From: Oikopleura dioica
Taxonomy: Eukaryota > Animalia > Chordata
Direction of reading: 5' to 3'
Assembly: GCA_907165135.1 (NCBI GenBank)
Contig: OU015567.1
Coordinates: 12,648,001 to 12,712,000 of the forward strand
DNA length: 64,000 bases
The notes under the pieces are model-generated. The model saw only the letters and a list, made by a program, of their open reading frames with translations, was not told the origin of the DNA and searched no databases. Below, piece by piece: positions 46,390 to 58,388 of this stretch (position 1 is the first letter of the stretch; every line of letters starts with the position of its first letter). The position numbers and the translations under genes were made by a program.

Positions 46390-46728
46390 ATGGGTGCCGG
46401 ATGCTCGAAGGATCTCAAGGAAAAGTTTAAAACTTTCGCTTCTTCTTTAATTTTTTTAATTGTTGCAGTAAATACGCACTGAAAATCGTCTGTTTCTCTT
46501 TGAAAGATTTTTCCCCTATTTTGTAGTAAAGCCACTTTTAAAACTTTTGAAAAGGCTGTCAACAACAATTTGACAGAAGCAAACAAAACACTCGCGCAAG
46601 CCGATAAGGCTGTCACTCAAGTAGACAAGATCGCCGACAAGGCAGAAAACATCGCTGACAAGGTTGAAACCGCCGTCGATGGAGAAGAACCATCAGCTCC
46701 AGCAGAAACCGAAGTTGAGCAAGTTTAA
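46390..46728 (+). CDS. Predicted 64-aa N-myristoylated/palmitoylated acidic micro-protein (exons 46390-46410, 46555-46728)
   Basis: MGAGCSK fits the MGxxxS myristoylation pattern with an adjacent Cys. It joins in frame to AVNNNLTEANKTLAQADKAVTQVDKIADKAENIADKVETAVDGEEPSAPAETEVEQV*, but this needs a GA donor (AAG|gatctc). Confidence 0.5.
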
Positions 46729-46954
46729 CGATAGTTTTACTAACCACTATTTTCCTAGTAGACGGAGTAGCATCTGAATCACCTCATTTTGTTGCCTGTG
46801 CATTTTTAGTGAAACTTTTTGTTATTAAAATGATTTGACTTTCAATCACCGTTTTTGCATCACGCAGGGCTTAAACATTTTCACTAAGAAATAATACGAA
46901 TGCATTTTATTCCTTTTTTCTTAATAAATAATAATGACAGAATCAGAATTAAAT

Positions 46955-49900
46955 CTACTTGGATTCAAGAGCCTTGGATCGCGCCTTGTTGACAGCAGCC
47001 TCGGCCATTTCAGCTCGCTCGTTAGCTTCATCGAGCTCGTGCTGAACCTTTCGGAAGCGAGACATGGCGGAAGAAGCGGACTCAGTGGCGTCCTCAGCAG
47101 ACTTCTTGTAGGATTTGGCCTTGGAGTTAAGCTTGTCGATGCTGTCAGTGAGCCGCTGGAGATTCTTCTTGTCTTCATCGTTGGCGTAGACGGCTTCTTT
47201 GTATTTACGCTCGAGTTTTCGAATGACCTACAAAATTTTATAAGGTCACAAAACTAATAAACAAACCTTAGTGTTATCAGAAGTTCGTCGTTGTTCAGCC
47301 TCAAGTTCCATCTCAATTTCTCTGCATTTAGTTTCGAGCTTCTGAACGGCCTTTTTGCCACCCTTGAGTGCGACCTGCTCGGCTTCATCGAGTCGCATCT
47401 GAAGATCTTTGAGAGAGTTCTCTTGGTTCTTCTTCATTCGCTCCAAGTGTTGAGACTGGTCCTGTTCTTTCTTCAGATCTTCTGAGAGAAGAGCGGCGGT
47501 AGTAAGTGCTTTCTTCGCGGCTTCTTCGGCGGATCGAGCTTCTCCAATAGCTTCCTCGACTTCGGTCTTGACACCATGAAGTTCTCCTTCGATCTTTCTC
47601 TTCTGGTTGATAAAAGCACCATTCTGTGTGTGGAGCATGTTTGATCGCTCGTTCGCTTCCATCAAATCATTTTCGGCCTGCTTTCGAGTTCGCTCAGCCT
47701 GCTCGAGACCGCCTCGGAGTTCTTCGATTTCTGTGGTCATTAAACCGACTCGGCGTTCAGAAACAGCAGACTGCTCGCGCATATCTTCGGTCTGTCTCTG
47801 GCTATCGTCGAGCTTTTGATTCAAATCCTTGAGCTGAAGCATGAGATCTTTGGTGGTCTTCTGCGCATCACCGGCCTGTCGAGATGAGGTAGCAAGGGTT
47901 ACTTCGAGGTCGTTAAGATCGGATTCCATCTTCTTTCGAGATCGAATCGCCTCTCCACGGGCACGCATTTCGTTGTCAAGGGAAGCTTGAATTTGCTCAA
48001 CAGATCGGGTAGCATTTCGTCGGGCGTTGTCGATTTCTTCATCCTTTTCACTGAGTCGTCGGTCAATTTCTTGCTTGAGCTGCTGAAGTTCAACAGAAAC
48101 TCGCAATGTTTTTGCTTCCTCAGATTCAATGGCAGCTTCGGCTTCCTCAAGAGAAGACTGGATCTCAGCGCGTTCAGTGTCAGCGATTCGTTTGTTCTTC
48201 TCGAGCTCGTGGATGGTCTTTGATCCTTCTTGGAGCTGGTCAACAAGTTCCTGAACTTCCTCAGCGAGGTTCTTGTTTTCTCGTCGGATGGATTCGAGGT
48301 GATCGACAGCTTCTTCAGTTGAGTTTTTGAGCTTGAAAAGTTCCGTCTGCTGGTTTCGCACTTCTTTCTGGGCAAGCTCGAGTTCAACCTGGGCCTCTTC
48401 CTGCTTCTGTTTGGCTTCAGAAAGGAGTTTATCAAAGTTTCGCTGCTTCTTGTCCAACTGAGAAGCCGCTGCATTCGATCGTTCCAAATCAGCAGAAAGA
48501 TCTTCAACTTCACCCTGGAGTCGGGTCTTGGTCTTTTCAAGAGATCCACATCGGCCTTGGGCAGCTTCGACCTGCTCTTCAGATTCTTGGAGTCGAGCGA
48601 CGAGCTTTTTCTTGGCTTCCTCGAGCTCCTCAGTTCGCTGAATAGCATCAGTCTCGTACTTGTTGCGCCATTGGACACACTCATTATTGGATTTCGTGAC
48701 ATTTCGCTGGAGCTCTTGTTTGGACTCCTGCTCCTCCTCCATGTGTTCTCGGAGCATATCAGTGTCGTGTCGCTGAGCTTGAAGCTGATGGGCAAGGGAG
48801 TTCTTCGACTTGGCTTCTTCGTCATTTTGTCGCTTGAGCTCATCGTGGGTCTGCGACAATGAGTTTTTGACTCGGATAAGCTGGGAATTGAGGGTGTCCT
48901 TCTCTTCAATGTGACGTCTAATATCGTTGATTTCCATGTTCATTTTGCCACACTCGCCCTGGGACTCTGAAAGCTGAGCTGCTCCCTCTTCAAGTTTCAT
49001 TTTAATATCAGCGATGTTATCTTCGAGATTTCGCGTCTGTTTCTCGTAATTGAGCTTAGCCTTAGTCAAAGACTCGACGTTAACATGGAGCTCATCAACT
49101 TCAAGCTTTGCTTCGGATTTCTCCTTTTCAAGCTTTTGCTTCACTCGGTTCAAGTTTTCAATTTGCTCTCCGAGACTAGATGATTGGTCGCCCTGCTTCT
49201 TGCGAATGTTGGAGAGAGCAGATTCGTGGTTGAGAGTGGCCTCCTCGAGCTCGCGACGGACCTTGGCGGCTTCAGCGTCTCGTCGCTTCGAGATTTCAAT
49301 TTGAGCTTGAGTGTTGGACGCCGCTTCTTCGAGTCTCTCAGCGAGTTCCTCGAGTTCTCGAGAAAGATCGGCTCGAGTCTTCTCAGATCGTGCTCGTGCG
49401 CCTCGTTCAGACTCGAGTTCTTCCTCGACCTCTTCAGATCGTCCCTGGAGTTCCTTGATCTTCTTCTGCAATTGGCCAACGAGAGCAGTCTCATCCTCAA
49501 GCTTTGCGTTCAGCTGAGTGTAGTCAAACTCAGACTTTTTCAGTTTCTCTTCTTGACCAGCCTTGTCATTTTCGAGATCCATGATCTGCTCCTGAGAAAG
49601 ACGGATATCACCTTCCAGCTTTCGCTTCGCTCGCTCAAGATCCATTCGAGCCTTCTTTTCAGACTCGAGGCCGATTTCAAGATCATCAACTTGTTGTTCA
49701 AGTTTGCCCTTAGATTTGGTCAAATTGACAACTTTTTCTTCTTCGGTTTGAAGATCACCAAGAGTCTGCTTGTGTGCTTCTTGGAGGGATTTCTTCTCCT
49801 TCTCGAGCTTGTGGATGGATTCGTTGATCGTAGCGAGCTCTTCAGTCACGTTCTTGACCTTGTTTTCTGTCGCGTGCTTTTCCTTTTCGATCTTTGCAAG

Positions 49901-52881
49901 AGTCAGTTCTAGATCGTCAATATCTTTTTCAATTCGGAAGATTCGTCCTCGAGTTTGCGCTTTTTGGCAACAAGCTCGTTGTTCATTTCTTCCTCATCTT
50001 CGAGTTTCTCCTGAAGATCTCGGATCTTACCGTCGAGATCGATCTTAGCGGCGATGAGTTCTTCACATCGGCCCTCTGCATCGTCAAGAAGAGCGTTCTG
50101 AGCTTCAGCCTTTTGAGTGAGCTCATTTCGCTCCTGCTCTAAGGCGACAGATTGTTCCTCGAGCTCTGCTCGTCGTTTTCTCCTTTTCAAGTTGCTTCTT
50201 AACCTCTTCATAGTTCTTTTCAAGCTCCTCCATCTTCTTTCCTTCTTCAGCCTGAGAGATAAGAGGCTTGATCTTGTAGATGATCTTCATCCATTCCCAG
50301 TCTTTCAAGTACTGGAAGGCTCGGATGTTAGCCTGGATGATGTCAATCGAGTCTCGTCGCTTGACCATCTCAGCGTAAGTTCGTTCAGCAAGTCGGTATC
50401 GCATGTAAGACTGGAGAGCAGTAAGGATCTTGGCAATCTTTTCATCTCGCTCGTCTTCCAAGTCACCAATGACACCAGCTTTGAAGAAGAGTTTAGTGTG
50501 ACCAAATTTGTGCTTGGCGTCATCAAGGGCGATACCAGCGCAGATTTCCTTCGACATAGCTTTCCAGTCGCAGAATTCTTGATCTTTCTTGGCTTCGGCA
50601 TGAAGAATGACGTATCGCTTGGCGAATTCTTCGTACTGGACTCGAGAAGGGAAACCTTTTCGACAAATACGAATACCTTCCAAGACACCGTTACATCGAA
50701 GCTGATGGAGAACAAGGTTCCAGTCCATGTGTCCGGGCTTCTTCTTTTCGTTGGGAATGATACAACGAACGAAATGAGGCTGCGTAGATCGAAGGTTGGC
50801 CATCAAACGACCGAGAGATTCTCGATGGAGACCAGAGACAGTCTGGAAAGAACCACCCTTCTGTCGCTTGCCACCTTTTCCTCCACCACCCTTCTTGGCG
50901 GCTTCGGCGGCGTCTTCAGCGGACATGTAGGACTCCCACTGCATAACAATACATTTGTTGTTGGACTTCTTAAGAAGACCGACAACAGAGGGGTTGAGGG
51001 GATCCTTGTTCTTGAGAAGCCAATCGGTGACGTTGTAACCGACAGTACCAGCGTAGTGGTACAATTCAAAGTGAGGAGCAGGGACGTCAGCGTTCTTATG
51101 ATTCTTCGGGTTGGGCTTGCCAATCTTGTCGTTCTTACCCAAATGTTGCTGGAAAAGCTTGTCTCGGAAGGTCATGTCAGTAGCTTTAGGGAACATGCAC
51201 TCTTCTTCGAGGGTTGACATAATACCAAGAGGCTTCTCGATCAAGTCGATGGTAGCGGCCAAATCCATACCAAAATCGATCATCTCCCACTCGATACCTT
51301 CCTTCTTATATTCTTCCTGTTCAAGGACGAACATGTGATGGTTGAAGAACTGCTGGAGCTTTTCATTAGTATAGTTGATGCAAAGCTGTTCGAAAGTGTT
51401 GAACTCGAAAATTTCGAAACCGGCGATATCGAGGATACCGATGAAGAAAGATCGAGGGAGATCGGTGGAGAGAGCTCGGTTAACGACTTCGACAAGCCAT
51501 TTGAAGAGTCGATCGAAGACAGCCTTGCAGATGGCCTTGAGGGCGAAGTTGACCTGGTCAACGGTCTGACCCTTGGTGACGTACTCAGTACCGACCTTGA
51601 TTCGTGGGGTACAGAGGGCCTTGGTGTACTCAGCTCCAGAAATACCAAACATATATCCGGCAAGTTCGGCAGCTTCGTGGCCGTCAGGCTCGGCCTGTTC
51701 TTCTCGGGGCTTTTGCTTGAATTCCATGTTTCCGGAGTGCATAAGACCAGCAGTAATCATGTAGATACCGTTCTTTTCTTCCTGGTTGAAACCAAGAATA
51801 TCAAAGGACTCGTCAGTGGCAGCGAGTTCTTCCTTATCGTCGATGGACTTGACCTTGATCTCACCCATGGAGCAGAACTTGTAGTCGTAAGGATTGTGAG
51901 AAATCTGGCACATCTCGTTGATTTCGACCATATGCTCGCAGCAAATTTGGTAGAAGATGTGGAAGCATCGCTCGGCCTTCAGCTGGAAGACGACTCGAGA
52001 TTTTTCGAGAAGATAGGTATCGATATCACCGGAAGCCAGTTTACCAGTCAAACCGAAGTGAATTCGGATGAATTTACCGAATCGAGAAGAGTTATCGTTA
52101 CGAGTAGTCTTGGCGTTACCGAAAGCCTCCATAGCGGGGTTAGCAGCGACAATCTGATCTTCAAGAGTTCCGCCACCCTTGAGAGATGGTCCCTCATCAG
52201 CAGCATCACCGACTTTACCGGAGGCACCGAGAGCAGCGACGACAGCGAAGTACTGGATGACTCGTTTGGTGTTGACAGTTTTACCAGCACCAGACTCTCC
52301 AGTAATCAACATGGACTGGTTGTGTCGCTCTCGCAACATATCGTTGTAGGCGTTATCGGAGATCGAGAAAATGTGAGGAGGCATTTCAGACTTTCTCTTG
52401 CCCTTGTAGCAACCGACGACGTGGTTGTCATAGACGGGGAGCCATTTGTAGGGGTTGACAGTAACACAGAAGAGACCAGAGTAGGTGTAGATCAAGAATC
52501 GTCGGTATCGCTCGTCCAAGTTGTAGACGACAGAAGCTTCAGATAGATAAGTCATGTTGGCCAAATCTTCAAGCAACTCGTACTTGGGAGGGTTCTGCTT
52601 CTCAACCTATCACAAACATAAGTGCCAGCCAGATTGTTATTGTTTACCTGCTCGGTTTTAACATCTTTCTGCTTGTTATCAGCAAGACGAAGGACCTTCT
52701 TGGTGCCTGGTTTGTCACCATCACCGATCAGTTCAGCTTTTGAGTAGCCAGTATCTGCATATGGGACCCAAATGCACTTGGCACCTTCAAACGGCTGATT
52801 TCGAAGCTCCAACATTTCCTTGTCAGGAAGTCGAAGGTAGTTAGCGGCATTGCCAGCTGCCTCAGGATCCCAAAGCGACAT
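46955..52881 (-). CDS. MYH: Sarcomeric (muscle) myosin II heavy chain
   Basis: GESGAGKT P-loop, [36 protein letters not shown] region and a long coiled-coil rod. Two short coding introns near 52650-52607 and 47268-47209. Two apparent frameshifts in A-runs (plus-strand T-runs at 50176-50179 and 49925-49929). Confidence 0.97.
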
Positions 52882-52984
52882 CTAATAGTAAACTTATAGC
52901 AACAAAAATAATCTAGATATATTTACCTTCTCAAGTTTCTAGTAGACTCTTGAGTAGAATGAGAAATTTCACTTCCAACGAGCG

Positions 52985-52992
52985 CATTTATA
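52985..52992 (-). promoter_or_regulatory. Putative TATA box of the myosin gene
   Basis: TATAAAT on the minus strand upstream of a short non-coding exon whose intron (gtaaat...ttag) ends immediately before the ATG. Confidence 0.55.
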
Positions 52993-53473
52993 CGTTTGAA
53001 AATGGCTCCTCAACAGAAATATTAGCCTAAAACGGCGGCGATTTGCAAGTTCTCACTATGAACTTAAGATGAAAAGTGTCCATTTTCGGATCTGACCCTT
53101 TTTATGAGATTTATGAGCGGTCCACTTTGCAAGTTGATAATGTTTCTTAATGGGGGCTAAACCAGGATCGTTATCAACGTGAACTTTAGCGAGTCAAAAA
53201 CAAGCATAATTTATAGCCTTATTTTCGAGAGTGCTTTTGCAGTGCAAAAAAAGGAAAGTGGATTTTGTTACTCATTAACAAACTATCTTTAAAAAATCTT
53301 TATTGTATCAAAGAAAATAGGTCTGCATTATATTTTCCTTATTCTGATCGATTATTATTTATTTGAATAATTGACGTGTAGTTGATACAGTAAATAAAAT
53401 TTTGAAGGTCAGAAGGTCGTTATGCCTTTGGTTTTGAAGCGTTTGTTTTTTGATGGAGGAGTTTTATTTTGCT

Positions 53474-53880
53474 TCAATTTTGTTCAGATTGAGTTGTTTG
53501 TTCAAGTTCGACAGCTTGAGACTGCTGTTGGGTTGGAGAAACCTTGAAACAGGCGTATTTTCTGATGTTGAAGATGAAATGGCAAATGAGAGTCAGGAAA
53601 ACTTAAATAAAGTTAAGATAGATATTGCAAATTCAATTGTGAAAATTACAAAGGGCAACAACTCCACCAAGACAGTAAATTGTTATCATAAACAAATTCC
53701 AGTTTTCTTCCTGTTTTTCTTCATCGATCAAGTCAAATCCGTCTGACTCAGTTACTGAAGTGGAGTCTGTTGGTCGCGGCCTATTCTATGATCAGGAATG
53801 GATGGTTTAGAAATTTCAAACCTTGGTCCCCTCGATTCCTTAGAAAGAGCATGGCAAACAAAGAACAGTAGAAGCTTCAT
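53474..53880 (-). CDS. Small type I membrane protein (3 exons, about 105 aa)
   Basis: Spliced: MKLLLFFVCHALS (signal), short acidic ectodomain, TM LFMITIYCLGGVVALFFLTLICHFIF, then NIRKYACFKVSPTQQQ...QN*. GT-AG introns with matching phases. Not present as one ORF in the track. Confidence 0.7.
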
Positions 53881-54208
53881 CTTTCTCTGTTATTCAGTCA
53901 GTCTTGCTCAAGGAGATGGACTTATCACTTTCATTTTGCCATGCAGTGTGTCAAGCAGGTGAGCTTTCGAAGTTTTAGGGCCTCAAGATTGATGACTTAT
54001 TGTTTTTATTCGGTTATTAGCGACACAAACAAAGATGTCCATTTTATCTAACATCTTTTTTTTTATTTGTTTTTTTTTAATTTTCTGCATAAATAATCAA
54101 TCATTATTACCGAGTTTGTTTTATTGTTTGTTAAGCAAAATATTTATTGAACTTTTGGTTGATTAATTAATAAAAAACCAGCTTTTGAAGTTTATGCTGA
54201 TTGTTGAG

Positions 54209-55178
54209 TTATGGTCCATAACTTATGGAGAGTTGTTGCGTGGTTTGTTGTTGTTCAGTTATTGTCACTGAAGAAGTTCCGTTGGGAAAGCTATTCTGCG
54301 CTGGAGGATCTTTTGTCACCGTTGATTCTTGACCGATGATTTGGCCTGGAAGGTATTGAGTTGGTGCAGGGGGAGAAGCATTCTTTTGGCATGCGTAGAT
54401 CGACACTCCCACTAAAAATGATAACTAAGTGCTTTTTATGAGAAGCCCTACATAGAACAGTGCCGATTCCAACACAAGTTAGGGGCCAAATCCACCAGGA
54501 TGGATCTTCTTCGGTCGATTCAGATGCTTCTGCGGCTGGTTTATCTGGGAGTGAGTTGACTCCATCATTAGATGGCTCATCAGTGTTGACTGCGTTACGA
54601 TCGTCCATCGGAACAACTGGATCAGCAGGTTTTGCTGTCTTCTTTTCGGTTGTATTTATTGCCGGTGGCATTGTCGATGGTGGTGGTGGTTTGGGTCTTG
54701 ATGTTGTTGTCATTGAATCAGTTGATGATTCTTGAAGTCCTGGGAACGCATTTTGTGGTCCAAACATGTTTCCCTGCCCATTAAGAGGATCTTCAGTAGG
54801 ATCAAGCTTGCCGATTCCGTCAATATCGATATTTTCAGTCACTAGGGGAGTTTCGACTGTATCGTCAGGAATACACATTCCACCCATCGCTGGCCTTGAA
54901 CAATTATTTTTTCTCAGCTTTAAAATTTACTAAAAATCATGAGGCTTGAATAGTTCAACTTGGTCAAAAATCATGATTCATGAATGTAAGAATAACTAAC
55001 CTTCCTCCTTTAGGACATTTGACACCATTGATTCCAGCCATGTCCGGTCTAAATATGAGTCTCATTAATAAAAAGAGATAAAACAGTCTCACCTCACTCC
55101 TCTATCAATGGCAGGTATACCAGCAATAGAGTCGTCCGCAAGCACAACAGATCCGAAAATCAAATTTGAAATTTTCAT
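54209..55178 (-). CDS. Mucin-like (S/T/P-rich) type I membrane protein (4 exons)
   Basis: MKISNLIFGSVVLA signal, two-Cys N-terminal loop, TTTSRPKPPPPST-rich stalk, TM WWIWPLTCVGIGTVLLGVSIYAC and a short Q/T-rich tail. GT-AG introns. Confidence 0.75.
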
Positions 55179-55645
55179 TTTCTCTTTTTTTCTATTTTTT
55201 TGTTATCTTCTGTGTGATTGATGTTTTAAGTAGTCCCTGATTAGGAACTAATCATGAAAGAATCACAAAGAAAGCGTCAGAGTATTCGACCCCTGTTAAA
55301 TTTGACGATCAGACTCCTTTATGATATCAACTGCGGGGACAAAGCAATAAACTTGGCGACCATGCTCTGAGCGTCAAAAGCTTTTTTTGCCACTCTCCGT
55401 TACTTTTTTATTGCCATATTCGTCATCAATAAGATTTTGGAATGTTTCTTCCTACTACTAGATTTTGTATCCCGGTAAATTTTTATCCATTCGTTCGTTC
55501 GATAACATATTCATCTTGTTGGTTTACATTCTCAATGAAAAGACACTCAGTTTCCTTATCGATGGATTCATGAACCGGCCGGTATTCGCTTCATCAGAGC
55601 TTCACAGATATTCTCCCACAGAATAGTATTTTAGTCCGAAAAGAG

Positions 55646-57050
55646 ATGGACCTGTGTTTGAAATTACTCCTTAGCGAGCCTGCCAAGAATTTGGTCCTTT
55701 CGCCTGTCAATGTTGAGCACGCATTTGCCATTCTAGCGAGAGCTGCTGATGGACAAACAAGGTACGACTCAAAGCTCCAATGAGATTTACTTCCATTTGA
55801 CTCTTAGAGAAGAAATTCTTAAAATGGTGTCTCAAGAAGAACCTGGCAAAACGGAAGCGCGCGTCAGAGCCCTAGAATCTCTTCCTGTCGTCCAAATAGG
55901 CGCAAAATTATTCAGCTGCTTCAAAACAGACTTCAGCGCCTCCCATGAATACGTTGATTTTACCGAGAGTCAAGACGCTGCGGATAAAATAAACTCCTGG
56001 GTTTCGAAGTCAACGAACGATGTCATCAACGAGGTGGTTGATGCTTCTGAGCTAGAAGATCCATTGACAAGAATGATCCTTGTCTCCGCAATTTTCTTCA
56101 AGACAGAGTTGTCATTTTCAACCATTTGGATGAGGAAACTATAGTAATTAATAGAAAGGAAAACTCCGAGTGAAGGACTCATGGAAAAAAAAATTTTCAG
56201 TTTTTAGAACAAATTATGGGCTCTTCGGCGAAGGAAAGCACGGAGTTCGATACATGGAAGAAACATTCGAAGAGATCATGTACACCAGAACCAGCGAATT
56301 CCAAGCCATTTCATTGCCCTACTTGACTGAAGGGCTGGAAATGACGGTTGTAATGCCAAAGCCGCAAAATCTCAAAGGGATTTCCAGCAAATCTCCGCTT
56401 TTCGTTTTCGAAACGGTTTCCTTGACCGCGTCAAAGCTCAAGGACATTTTCGGTGGTTTACGAAAAGCGAAGGTGAACTTTCGAATGCCAAAGTTCGAGA
56501 TAGACACAAACTTGGATCTGAAAGAGATCTTCGAAAAACTCGGCTTTGGGCATGTGTTTTCGGAGGCATTGGACAACTACAGTTGTGGGTAATTCTAAAG
56601 TTCGTGAACAGTGTTCACTGAGCACTGATCCCTTGGAATTCGGCCGCCCTCACAGGGCTAGCAAACTTTAGGATTACCTACTGCACAGCCATTTGACGAA
56701 GAAATCTGTGTACCTATCGAAGGCGAAACACAGGGCAAAAATTGTCGTCAATGAGAAAGGAACTGTAGCTGCAGCGGTATCATTCGGTGGATGTGAAGGG
56801 GTAAACTTACACACTAAAATCTCATCTAATGCTTTTATAGTGTGGCCGTTACGAGCTGCCTCCAGAAGAGTTCATCTGCGATCGTCCCTTCCTCTATTTC
56901 ATTCGAAAAGAAGACGAAATTATCTTTGCCGGGCGAGTTGTCAAGCCCGAAACGCAAGCTGTCGAATGTGACTTCGAAGCAAGCCTTGAAGATGAGCTGA
57001 AGGAATTACTCGAATTACAGAAAAACGGCAGACTGTACTTAGAAGACTAG
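55646..57050 (+). CDS. Serpin (intracellular-type, inhibitory hinge)
   Basis: NLVLSPVNV, INSWVSKST, ILVSAIFFK, WKKKF, LPY, MPKFEI, hinge EKGTVAAAV and serpin signature FICDRPFLYFIR...IFAGRVVKP. Two internal splice junctions not fully resolved. Confidence 0.9.
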
Positions 57051-57117
57051 AATAAATCCACGAGACATATTCACAGCTATTTCCTCTCGAAATTCAGAGA
57101 AAAAGGATGAAATCCTT

Positions 57118-57477
57118 GAGTAGGCCTCACTTGGACAAGAGTTCACTTGGACAGAGCTTCACTTGGACAAAAGCTTCACTTGGACAACATTTCAAAAGGG
57201 TCCTTTTTGTGAGTTTGATAAACGATTCTCAAAAAGAAAGTAACAGTTTTCATAAAATTGACAAGTTTTTTACATGAATATCCGATAAAATAAATTTATT
57301 GGTGAAAAATTTGTCTTTGTTTATTTTTAGATCAAAGAAAACATCTGATAGTGTCAATTATTCTCAAAATTTGGCCATAATTAGTTATTATCAATTACGT
57401 CAAAATAATCGTTTTTTCAAAAGTCGTTCGAGTGAAGCTCTGTTCAAATGAAGCTCTTGTTCAAATGAAGCCTACCC
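57118..57477. mobile_element. Mutator-like (9-bp TSD) MITE, 360 bp, with tandem subrepeats in the TIRs
   Basis: GAGTAGGCCTCACTTGGACAAGAG... is inverted as ...CTCTTGTTCAAATGAAGCCTACCC. TSD GAAATCCTT at 57109-57117 and 57478-57486. Confidence 0.85.
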
Positions 57478-57725
57478 GAAATCCTTCATGAACTTTTCAA
57501 ACTCTCGCCATCCAATGAGCGCGCATTATTTCCTCACAAAGCTACTGATTGGCTCTTTCTCGCGGCGGGAAATCCAGAAAATACCTATAAAGTCGAAAGA
57601 GCCGATTTCATAAAATTTATTAATATTTTTGAAGGGTTGGCGCAAAAGTAAAAAAAGAGAAAAAAAGAATATTTACAAAAAAGAAAGAAAAAACTCAAAA
57701 TCTTCAAGTTTTCAATTCTTCAATT

Positions 57726-58388
57726 TTAATTGCCATTTCTGACCATTCGTCGCGGGTTATTCTTTTCGCGTTCCATTCTCGCCAATTTAGTCTTCGTCAG
57801 CCGCGTCAGTTCGTAAAGATGGTCGTCCTCGACAAACGGTAGAAACTCGCGCTGCCATTCGGCCAGTCGGAAGAGATATTCCACGTTGGACCCGGTCGGC
57901 CCGCTTGCATTCGCGATGATGTCAGATAATTCTTCAATGGACTGTTCGCCCGTGAATTGGTCGTTTTCTGGCGTGGCGGTGTAGACCAGCGCTGGAATTG
58001 GCGCGAACTCGGCGCTGTGGAAATCTTCGACGCTCAAGGAATAGCCGCCAAGGGTGGATTCTCGCATGTTCAAATGCTCTAATGCTGCAGCAATTTGCTC
58101 TCTTCCGGAAAGTTTGTACGCGCAGCCGTATGTCTCCGATCTTCCAGTTTGGTCCTTCATCAGAGTGGCTACTCGCCCGGGTCGACCTGGTCGGCCCCTG
58201 TGCGTCGTATTTCCTTGGTAAAATCGGCGACGATAGCCAAGGATCTTCCCGACGATCTTGTCCGAGAAGCAGAAGTTCGGGAGCCAGACAAGCGATCCGT
58301 AGCCGAAGACCCAAAGCTCTTCCAAATTCGCCAGCGCGTCAAATTGAGACAGCCGGATTAATTCGTTAATTCTCTTCGCAATTACCAT
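57726..58388 (-). CDS. CHAC1: ChaC-family glutathione-specific gamma-glutamylcyclotransferase
   Basis: WVFGYGSL, RRFYQG...HRG..PGRVATL, catalytic RE (LNMRE), GPTGSNVEYL. Intronless, 220 aa. CHAC1 versus CHAC2 orthology not resolved. Confidence 0.93.
   Translation of the reverse strand: MVIAKRINELIRLSQFDALANLEELWVFGYGSLVWLPNFCFSDKIVGKILGYRRRFYQGNTTHRGRPGRPGRVATLMKDQTGRSETYGCAYKLSGREQIAAALEHLNMRESTLGGYSLSVEDFHSAEFAPIPALVYTATPENDQFTGEQSIEELSDIIANASGPTGSNVEYLFRLAEWQREFLPFVEDDHLYELTRLTKTKLARMEREKNNPRRMVRNGN

Noticed and set aside
49184-52546. Long plus-strand ORFs (242, 366 and 403 aa) and a 336-aa alternate-frame ORF at 47899-48909
   Set aside because: Antisense or shifted-frame shadows of the codon-biased myosin CDS, with no domain features.
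57121-57190. Short direct repeats superficially like a CRISPR array (also 7780-7860)
   Set aside because: No unique spacers, no cas genes, and a eukaryotic context. They are TIR subrepeats of MITEs.
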